64,000 bases of DNA. Source: an uncultured virus (IMG/VR IMGVR_UViG_3300027708_000052) (Duplodnaviria; Heunggongvirae; Uroviricota; Caudoviricetes). The stretch lies in IMG/VR virus record IMGVR_UViG_3300027708_000052; one strand, given 5' to 3'. Made by a program: the position numbers and the translations under genes. Of the stretch, positions 49,401 through 57,700 are shown in pieces. The notes below the pieces were generated by a model. The model searched no databases, was not told where the DNA came from, and saw only the letters and a list, made by a program, of their open reading frames with translations. How positions within the stretch are numbered: the stretch's first letter is position 1; every line of letters begins with the position of its first letter.

Positions 49401-49865
49401 AAAAACTATACCATTCGAATTAATGTAATAATCACCACCTGTATTATCAATAATAGGCTCTTGAACAGTACCATCAATAGTTACACGATGATTACAAGCA
49501 TTAGTCGAATTAGTATTATTAAGTGCCCAGATAGTTGTTATACCATCACCAATAAAAACTGTCTTAATAGGGCTTTGAGCGGAACCTGATATAACTAAAG
49601 TAGTATTATCTGAAGTTGTATTAATAGTTAGACCGTTATTGGCTACTATTGTTTTGTAATACATTGTTGTGTTTGGAAGCCCTCCAGTACCAACTGATGT
49701 AACACCATTAAAAATTGTATTACCGTTTCCAAGATTTTTTCCAGCTGTAACGAATTGTTGAGCTGCAACCTTGTATGTGCCTGTCGTACCTCTAGCTACA
49801 GGTATCTCATCGTTCTGTGTTACTGACCCACCATCTGTTAATGAAGAAATTTTAGTACCGGACAT
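46446..49865 (-). CDS. Tail fibre/RBP with Asp-box (BNR) propeller and PA14/GLEYA-like domain
   Basis: KISSL N-terminus; about 7 YS-x-DG-x-TW repeats; GFFYASVSGDYNFKL...FYPI; flanking NKIING/ELALCQRYF domain. Confidence 0.75.
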   Translation of the reverse strand: MSGTKISSLTDGGSVTQNDEIPVARGTTGTYKVAAQQFVTAGKNLGNGNTIFNGVTSVGTGGLPNTTMYYKTIVANNGLTINTTSDNTTLVISGSAQSPIKTVFIGDGITTIWALNNTNSTNACNHRVTIDGTVQEPIIDNTGGDYYINSNGIVFTTPPPIASRVVVISNNLTVIPEVPDYSITSNKLAAGTIPLSAFTLDNGSFSFRNKIINGDFRVDQRLGGTSIILNNQDIYTVDRWTAYSFNKDANVVTPIYTSSSLPVIAQQRYYSFVFGGGKFVTLGDQGYGAYSTDAVTWYLTPLPIRLVGGKLEGKSYPNYGLAYGNGTFVAFGGSYVASTPNIGLYSTDGITWNQTKLPIDFYIGDATYGNGKFVAIGSNAQGTSNIGLYSTDGITWNQTTLPYNATWSSITYGNGKFVAVASGIGSLHTDRAAYSTDGITWTASTLPTIAFWSSVTYGSNLGVFVAVAYAALGQLNSSTNIAAYSTDGITWNQTTLPANKYWIDVTYGNGRYVAIAVNGASNKTNTTNAFAYSNDGITWYESNTFSTPSGQAWDAVVYGNGKFVALHQVPPGNTILTVNSTDGITWLTSGVPYATYYNPLIIGSGTSVLSGFHYDFYKGYFNDNIGYLNTASKISNVTSFNSISSILGCTYDGKPADGEYVDPEWPWPEELEYSGEGKEGGNLPVVANLSGAFTAVTQGFFYASVSGDYNFKLGSSDAAYFWFNTPLSGATTGNKTISLPGVHDLTYQTKYVTVSSSGFYPIAIVSGSAGNKGSSWILDLQYKTPSVTTWSRVGISKNTCVYYTASSTVVNAYNAGVASVQRVADSNLDFTNAPPGYYYSLRFKVEVAKPILQSSDLFGIRQRIEGINILDLCYGTAQARPATLSFWVKSSVAGKYALTARNHYNNPFQITGQYTTTYTIKQANIWQYVSLTIPPNYYQVNNKNQYSGLGLLWCISAGSDNYNYNLNTWTSNNQNNLNLTIGSVDSDNTFMATAGNEFKITGVQLEVGPTPTPFEIRPAQIELALCQRYFESSYDIDVAPGSANAETAAWAYVPVQNSYYNIIERYKVTKRAIPNVQWYDPKTGTKGGVRSTNKDTVYYTSDKNRIGLEGQSVQGFTLQLDIPLSVQDIYTCWTADAEI
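48100..49060 (-). repeat. Intragenic Asp-box repeat array with identical DNA cores
   Basis: gtttgattccatgtaatgccgtcagttgaata identical at about 48385, 48670 and 48802; ttaccgttaccgtaa recurs. Confidence 0.85.
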
Positions 49866-49878
49866 ATATGTATATTAT

Positions 49879-51372
49879 TTATGGTATAATATAGAAGTTA
49901 TCTTCTGTATCTATTTCAATTCCTGTTAAACCAGCGGTTCCGATAGTTTGATCGTATGGCTGATCGTTTTCTGTAGCTATGTAAGGGTAATTATACGGTA
50001 ATAAAACCGCTGATGTAGGTAATGTAAGAGCTATTGATACACATATTGGGTTAATTCGAGGTGGAAATATACTAATATTATCAACGGTACCTCTATTACT
50101 TCTAGGTAGTATTTTTACGCTAGTGGAGTCTCTTAAGATTGTTGGAGGTACGTTAGGGTATTCTTTTAAAGTGAAATTATTTGAAGATAAAGCTGTTGTA
50201 ATAAAAGCTACATTATTATCTATATTTAAAGTATATAGATTACCTTTCATATTATTTCTTACTTTTAATAGTCTTGTTTCTGAAGGAGCGAAAGGTAAAG
50301 ATATAGGACCAATTGTTAAACAGCAAGAATCTGATGTATTTGTATTAGCACTATAACAAGTTAAAGAAGGATAAAAAACGGGATATGTATTAGCATTACA
50401 ACTATATGTATGTACTAATTCATAATTACGTACATCGTTCGGGTCATTAAATGTATCGGTAGTAATAAAATTATTATCAGTGGGGGCTGTATAACGGATA
50501 ACTGTTTTTCGAGGTGTACCGTCACCTAAGTCCCAAACAATTTTATCTATAGGAAATGAGCCTGCTTTACAAGCTTTAGCTGTAAAGCGTACTGTAAATG
50601 GTGATGTACCTGTTATTGTTGAATCACTAATACCAATACCAGCTACAGGAGGTAATTCTAATACTTGCACTACTGCTGATTGAGTAGTTTGTATTATTGT
50701 TTGATACGTTGTTAGATATTCAGCGTTTGTAATTGTACATGGTGTATCATTAACTTCATAAGCCCATTTTTTAGCATACTTTTCGCCTTTAGTAGTTTGT
50801 TTCCATGTAACAGAGTTACCGTTTTTTGTTGTTTTTGTATTACAGCCTAAGTTGGTCCAGTCCCAACTAAAACAATATTTTTGTAAACACTTTTGTTCTC
50901 TATTCCAAGTTTTAGGCTGAGTTGCTGTTGATGAAGTACTATTCCAAGTAGTGTTAGTTGTATTTTGAGTTAAATCATCCCAAAACCATTGTTTATTATA
51001 AAGGCTAACACATTTATAGCTCGGGTCAATTGCCTGTTGAGTAGTTGTTTCAGATTGTGTTAATTTAACATGATATATACCAGGCATTATATATGTATGT
51101 TGTATAAAAGAGGCGCATGTTAAAGATACATTATTACTAGTACTATTATAATAATCTCCAAAATCCCAGTTATAAGAAAGATTATTACTTGATTTATCTG
51201 GTGTTGAATTATCTTGAAATGCAACTAAAAGAGCGGGAGCGTAACCTGATACATAATTTGTTGTACAATTAGCGTATTCTAGAGCATTATCTTCTACAAA
51301 CGGAATACCATTATCCCATGAATATAATTGAGGAACAGTTATTGCTGTTAATATAGAGAAACTTGTTTGCAT
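49879..51372 (-). CDS. PKD-domain structural protein
   Basis: YNWDFGD...HTYIMPGIYHVKL and WDLGDG...HTY PKD signatures. Confidence 0.7.
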   Translation of the reverse strand: MQTSFSILTAITVPQLYSWDNGIPFVEDNALEYANCTTNYVSGYAPALLVAFQDNSTPDKSSNNLSYNWDFGDYYNSTSNNVSLTCASFIQHTYIMPGIYHVKLTQSETTTQQAIDPSYKCVSLYNKQWFWDDLTQNTTNTTWNSTSSTATQPKTWNREQKCLQKYCFSWDWTNLGCNTKTTKNGNSVTWKQTTKGEKYAKKWAYEVNDTPCTITNAEYLTTYQTIIQTTQSAVVQVLELPPVAGIGISDSTITGTSPFTVRFTAKACKAGSFPIDKIVWDLGDGTPRKTVIRYTAPTDNNFITTDTFNDPNDVRNYELVHTYSCNANTYPVFYPSLTCYSANTNTSDSCCLTIGPISLPFAPSETRLLKVRNNMKGNLYTLNIDNNVAFITTALSSNNFTLKEYPNVPPTILRDSTSVKILPRSNRGTVDNISIFPPRINPICVSIALTLPTSAVLLPYNYPYIATENDQPYDQTIGTAGLTGIEIDTEDNFYIIP

Positions 51373-51415
51373 TATACCTTATCAATTATTTAAGGTATGC
51401 ACCTTAAGATAACAA

Positions 51416-54400
51416 TTAAGAAGCTGGTTCAATTAAGAACCAAGCAAATGTACTTCTATCTCCAAAGTTTGTAGAAGATACAGTAAACGTATGTGTTGTT
51501 GTATTACGTTTGCTTATAAATGGTGTACCTACACTTCCAGAAGGTGTTTGTGTTGTAATAAAGATACGAGAATTATCTGTTAATGCTTGAGTAACTATAT
51601 TAACATATGCACCAGTAGTGAATGTACCTATACCTAATGTAGCTTTAGAATTAGGAGCTGGATATGTCGAATCTTTAACACTTAAAGCAGATATGCTTAC
51701 AATACCTGTAGCACTTATTGTACCGTTTACGGTTAATGTATTATTTGGTTTTGAAGTACCTATACCAACAAGAGGTTTAGAACTTCTTATATATCCTTCG
51801 TTAAGAGTTGCGCTAGGGTATGAATAAACACCTCTAATAGCTGTTTCATTACCTAAGCGCATCACTTCAACGTTATTACTATAAAAAGCTACAACACCAT
51901 TTCTAAACGGTGTCGGGTTTGGTGAGAGGTAGCCTTCGTCACCGTCTTCTCCTTGATAAGTAGTATAATAATCCCACTCATCACCGCCCTGTATAGTATA
52001 AGCAGCACTTAAAGGTCCAAGAGGGCTAAACATACCTGTATCACCGTCTAACCCGAAAGAGTAACCATTAGATGAAGCGTCAGCATCAGTTGGCTGTCCT
52101 TGTATAGCTCTAAAACCTGAAGCTGAAACGGCGTTATTAGTTGTTAAACTATATGATGTATATACTTTAGTATTTACTGTTTCAGGAGGAGCATCACCCG
52201 TTACACCTGTTGGTACTGTTACAGGTGTTACAGGTGTTATTATTCTAATACTACCGGCGTCACAGAAATTTACATTATGACTCTGTACGTTTATAGCTGA
52301 AACATATATACTACCTGATGCACTAATATTACCATTTACAGTTAATAAGCTAGAAGGTTTAGTAGTTCCTATACCAATGTAACCACCTGAAGTAATTGTA
52401 AAAGCGGGAGCTGTATATCTTAGAGTACCTGTAGAACCAGTAAATATTTTAAAAGAAGATTTAGAATCTATAAATCCGCCATTACCATCAAAAGTACCAG
52501 ATGAAATACCTTGATTTGTAAAATAAGGATTTTTGTCTTGAAACGAACCAAGTCTTACATTATAGTCTGTGTTATTAGGAGCACTAAAATCAATATAACA
52601 ACCCGATACTCCAAATATTGATAATTGAGTACCTGATATATTAACATCAGTAGTAAGCGTAGCTAGTTTGGAATTAATTGCACCGTTACCTAAAAAATTA
52701 AGTTGGTCATTACCAACTCCGTTACCTTGGGAATAAATATTATTAGCGTATAAAGCATTGGTTCCATGATTTTGTACATTTATAGCAGAACAATTTAATG
52801 TACCTTGTACTGTTAAACTGGTTGTATCAATACGAGCTGCTTCTGTACCTCTTATTTGAAAACTAATATAATTTGTACCTGACACAGGTACTCCGGTTGT
52901 AGCTATTGCAGTAGTTGTTGCATTAAACGTAATAGGTTTAGCATTATTATTATTACTAAAAGCATTAAATACATGACCTTCTATATCTGTATTAAGTCTT
53001 ATATATTGACCAGGTACACCTGATCTTGCTAAAGTGGATGAACCTACAACGTGTAGGGTACTATTAGGTGTTGTAGTATTAATACCAATATTACCATTAA
53101 CATTAATACGCATTCTTTCAAAACCAGATGTACACCACATATGAGTGTATGGGTACGAAATACCGTCAGTGTTACCACTAACTTGAATACCGTAACTAAC
53201 ACCGTTGTCCCAATTTTGATTTGATGAATTAACTCCTTCTCGAGTATTAGGAGTTTTAAACCAAAACATACCTGCACCATCTGGACTTAAATACATTCTA
53301 GTACCACCGACAGAAATTTGGGTATTAATTGTTGTAAAATTAGCACTAGGGTCTACTTTAAATATGGGGTTTGCAGTTGTATTAGTACAGAATGAAGCGA
53401 TAGGATAACTGCCTGATTGTACAACGGTAAGCGCAGGACCAGGCCCTGTATTAGTTATATATAATGCACTTGCTCCTAAATTAAGAGTATTAATTGAAGT
53501 AAAAGGTCCAAGGGCAGTAATACTACCTGTAACAGTTAAATTACCTGCAACATAAGCATCAGTACCAGCATAAAGAGCTTTAGTAGCACTAATATTACCA
53601 GCAACGGTTAAAGGTTGATTTGGAAAAGCAGTATTAATGCCTACGTAGCCATTATTTGTAATTCTTAAACCTCTAGTAAAATTATCACTTGAAACCCAGG
53701 GCATGAATGTAAGACCACTACTAATAGCGGTATTATAAACAGTAGCTGTTGAGTAATTATAAATTATAACTTGATCTCCAACTTGAGCTAAATTATTATA
53801 TTGTCCTTTAATCGTTTGAGTAGGTAATAATACCATGCCGGCACCAGATACACCATCCGTTAATGTAACACCATCAGTACCAAGAAAGACGGTTGGATTT
53901 GTACCGGATAATGCTATTGATGATAAACTTGTTACAATATGTAATTTAGACCAAGGGTTAGTAGTACCAATACCGATATTACCGTTAGACTGAATATAAA
54001 CAGAATTAGTTGCAGATAAAGGGCCACCGTTATAAAAACCTAAACTATCGTTCGGTCCTACAGTTATTCTTCCTAAACCGGTAACATAGTCTGTTATTAT
54101 ACCGTCTGTGTAAGCTCCGTTAAAAGCACTTATAGAGTAGAACCCACTATTACCAATAATAGAATTAAGTGCAGTTAGTGTACTAATTAAAGTATTAGTA
54201 GCAGTTAAATTAGTTGAAAGGATATTAGTTGATGTGAGGCTTGTAAATATTGCTTTAGGCGCTGTTATATAACCTAAAGATGTAATTATATTAGCAACAG
54301 TTAAATTGTTATCTATTTGTAAATTATTGATACCGGCGTTAATTACTCTAGCACTTAACGCGGTAAGTGTATTACCGGTGGAAAGATTATTAGCAATATA

Positions 54401-54691
54401 GATATCTCTACCTGCAGTAATATCAGTTGCTGTATTAAGTGACCCTGTACCGTTACGATTTATAGTAACATTATTAGTATTTAACGTAATATAATTACCA
54501 GTTAAAATGACGTTACCTGTATTATTATCTAAGCTTAAAACTTTATAAGTACCGTACTTACTTGCTTTAACAGCATTGTCAATATTAATTTTCTGTGTCG
54601 TTTTATACACAGAGCTATGTATAGGTAAATAATCAGTAGTAGCTGAGGGAGATACAAGTTCTGTTAATTGTGAAATTGTTAAATCGGACAT
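51416..54691 (-). CDS. Long tail-fibre-like protein
   Basis: TISQL N-terminus; repeated GNIGIGTTxP/LTVxGNISA shaft-knob units. Confidence 0.75.
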   Translation of the reverse strand: MSDLTISQLTELVSPSATTDYLPIHSSVYKTTQKINIDNAVKASKYGTYKVLSLDNNTGNVILTGNYITLNTNNVTINRNGTGSLNTATDITAGRDIYIANNLSTGNTLTALSARVINAGINNLQIDNNLTVANIITSLGYITAPKAIFTSLTSTNILSTNLTATNTLISTLTALNSIIGNSGFYSISAFNGAYTDGIITDYVTGLGRITVGPNDSLGFYNGGPLSATNSVYIQSNGNIGIGTTNPWSKLHIVTSLSSIALSGTNPTVFLGTDGVTLTDGVSGAGMVLLPTQTIKGQYNNLAQVGDQVIIYNYSTATVYNTAISSGLTFMPWVSSDNFTRGLRITNNGYVGINTAFPNQPLTVAGNISATKALYAGTDAYVAGNLTVTGSITALGPFTSINTLNLGASALYITNTGPGPALTVVQSGSYPIASFCTNTTANPIFKVDPSANFTTINTQISVGGTRMYLSPDGAGMFWFKTPNTREGVNSSNQNWDNGVSYGIQVSGNTDGISYPYTHMWCTSGFERMRINVNGNIGINTTTPNSTLHVVGSSTLARSGVPGQYIRLNTDIEGHVFNAFSNNNNAKPITFNATTTAIATTGVPVSGTNYISFQIRGTEAARIDTTSLTVQGTLNCSAINVQNHGTNALYANNIYSQGNGVGNDQLNFLGNGAINSKLATLTTDVNISGTQLSIFGVSGCYIDFSAPNNTDYNVRLGSFQDKNPYFTNQGISSGTFDGNGGFIDSKSSFKIFTGSTGTLRYTAPAFTITSGGYIGIGTTKPSSLLTVNGNISASGSIYVSAINVQSHNVNFCDAGSIRIITPVTPVTVPTGVTGDAPPETVNTKVYTSYSLTTNNAVSASGFRAIQGQPTDADASSNGYSFGLDGDTGMFSPLGPLSAAYTIQGGDEWDYYTTYQGEDGDEGYLSPNPTPFRNGVVAFYSNNVEVMRLGNETAIRGVYSYPSATLNEGYIRSSKPLVGIGTSKPNNTLTVNGTISATGIVSISALSVKDSTYPAPNSKATLGIGTFTTGAYVNIVTQALTDNSRIFITTQTPSGSVGTPFISKRNTTTHTFTVSSTNFGDRSTFAWFLIEPAS

Positions 54692-54706
54692 GGGTAACTA
54701 TTATAT

Positions 54707-57700
54707 TTAATCGTGTAGCTTTATTCTTCCTGTTACAATATTGGTACCGCTTAGTGTCTGCTCTAATACATAACCACTGAGATAACCAGTGTTTGTTGTA
54801 CTGAGAGATGCGTAAAGTAATTCTAAGTTGTAATTGACAATTTCTTTAATTGCTATACTGTAATAAACAGTTCCGTTTGCATTAGTTACAGCAATTGTAG
54901 CAAAATGATATACAGGGCTTGAAATAGCTGGTGGTTCACCAGTGAGATATCCTTCATTTGTTAATGTTACCCACGATGGTAGGTATACTGCTTCATACTT
55001 TGCTGGTCCGTTAGATACAGTTAAATTATAATCTAACGTATCAGTATCGTAAATAGTAATAGAGCGAGGAGACGTTAATATTGGTAAATCTGATGATATA
55101 TTATGTACAGTAGGAGTATATACGGTAACTGTATTAAGTGTACTTGTCGGTAAATAATTTACACTAAACTCAAAAAGGTTATCTTTATTATTAGTATCTT
55201 TTCCAGTAACTGCTATAACAAACTCTTTTTTAAAGTCGTCATACGATAAAACAGGATAATCAATTGATAGTATTGTATTATCTAGTACTAAGTTTGTTTG
55301 TAATGTTTTTATATCATCTTTTGTAACGGGAAAAATTAATTTTAATTCAAGCGAGTTTAGATCTATTTGATAAAGCTCGGGAAGCAATATATTTCCTGAT
55401 AAACCACACATCGATAATATTACTTTCTGTTCATTTGGCAGGAACCATGTTTCACCGATTCTAGAATTTGTTGTCCAAGGTAGAATTATTGTAGCAAACG
55501 GCCAAACAGAACTAAGAGACGGTAAATCAAATGTTATACTTCTTGTTTCGTTAGCGTAGCTTGATATAATACCAGTAGTATAATCGTAATTTATTTTTTC
55601 AAAAATAACAGCTCCGGATGTTTCAACATATAACACATCAAAGAACGTATCTATCTTACGTATACCGGTTCCAGTTAAATCGTTATATAAGCTACTGGTA
55701 TCAATATATGTGTTGAAAATACCTGATAAACTTATTGATGCAGGTGATACAAACTGATTATTGCTTCTGACCCATACCTCTCCTGTAATATCTCTACGAT
55801 CAGCTGGTTTAATATTTTTTATATCTTTATATAACCCATATTGATTGCCGTAAATATCTGTACACCAATTATCGAGTTGAATTTGATTCTGCTTTAATAT
55901 TTGAGAACCAAACCATTGATTTGTATTAGCTACTCCTGTAAAAGATGTATTGTTATTTTTTGTATCTGTCCATGTTGAATCTTCTTTACCGCCCCAAGGA
56001 GTTTGTCTTGAGTTTGGTAAAATTAAACCAACACTAACGTTAGGATTAGTTTCATATGTAGATTGATAAGGTACAAATTTTTGATATTTTTTAAATATAC
56101 TATTTCTAATATTACCGGCTGTAGGACTAGATAATGTAATTTCTTTTAGCCATGTATTATCTTCAAGAGTTACTGAGTAGGGTGTTGAAGGGTCTGTTAA
56201 TGTAAGCCCTCTACTATTAACTATTGAACCACTATCTTCAAAATAACCTGTTAATGCGCTTGATGATGTATTAAGAGAAGTTGTGTAATACTGATCATTG
56301 TATACAGATATACCTAAGTTACTTGGAGTAAAAAAACCAATATCATTATTACTGTAAAGGTTTTCAAATGAAGGAAATGCTGCTACAGTAGGGTTGTTTA
56401 TATTAGAAAAATTACCCCAAGGGTTTAATGCTGTAATACCTAATGTAACTGTTGGATCCGTATAAACCGTATTTGCAATAGTAGGGGTAGCAGTTATTGA
56501 CCACAAGAATGAATTCTGTGCAAAATAAAATACTTCTACAGGGTTATTGTTTATAAAGTTATCAAACACTAATGTTGTTGCTTCTGTATCCGGGGTAACA
56601 ACAACAGTTGTATTAATATTATTAAGTTGATAAGATAAATTAGAGTTTAATGTTGTATCGTATTTTAAATTAGCCCAATATGCTGTATTAACGTAGTGAT
56701 ATAAATCTAATGGTTGTATCCAATTTAAGTTGCTTGGGTATGTACGAGTGTATTCTATATAACTACCAGCGTTAAGTTGTATATTAGTAAATTCAGGTTG
56801 AGTTAAAAGATTATAACTATCTTTTAATCTTATTGGTGTTCCCCAAGATTCAATACCTTTATATTTAGTATTAATATTTTTTTGTAAATAAATTTGTCCC
56901 CAAAAAGGTACTGCTCCGGAGTCATTAAATCTGGTTTTAGATGTTTTTGGTTTATATGTATTATAATCCCAACCACTTAAAGGTGTATTAAGTACAAATC
57001 CTGGAACGGGTGTATTAATACTTGTAATAGAGGGCATTTGTACCTGAGAGGATGATACAGCTGTAATAGCCGGTATATTAGAAAATGGAAAAATATAACT
57101 ATTAAGACAGTATACAATAGAAAGTGTTGGTAGATTATTATAAGAAGCTGATACAGGAGTAGCGGTAGTCTTGCTTAAAATGGTTAAATTATTAGCATTA
57201 TAGTTATATGTTTTTGAAAGATAATTTATAAGATTAGAGTCTGAAGCATTACTTGGATAAGTACCGGGTAAAGAACTTACCGGAACATAATTAACTAAAG
57301 GTGCACCGCTATTATAAAAATTATTACTAGATAATTGATTGGTAATAGCGCTTACATTAACTGTATATAAACCAGTAATGTATGGTGTAAACGTAAATGA
57401 TGGTGTATCTTTATAAAAAGTTATTATATTATTTGGCGCTTTTAATGACCAAATATAAGAATTAACATTTTGTGAGAGTACAGGTGGAGACTGTGTATTA
57501 TTTAAATTAATAACTGGATAAGAAACTGTTACTTGTTGTGGTGTACCAATGATACTATTACCAATAGTTAAAAAATCATAATTAGACCAGTTAGAACTTA
57601 AATTTTGAGCTACTGTTTCGTTTGTAGTTACTTGGTGTACAAGATCAAATGTTGTACTATTAGCTCTAGAATAAATTATATTGTCTCCAGGGTTAATAGT

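Noticed and set aside
32830..49865. Diversity-generating retroelement acting on fibre genes
   Set aside because: No reverse transcriptase in the window and no template/variable repeat pair with adenine-specific mismatches was seen. An element elsewhere in the genome cannot be excluded.
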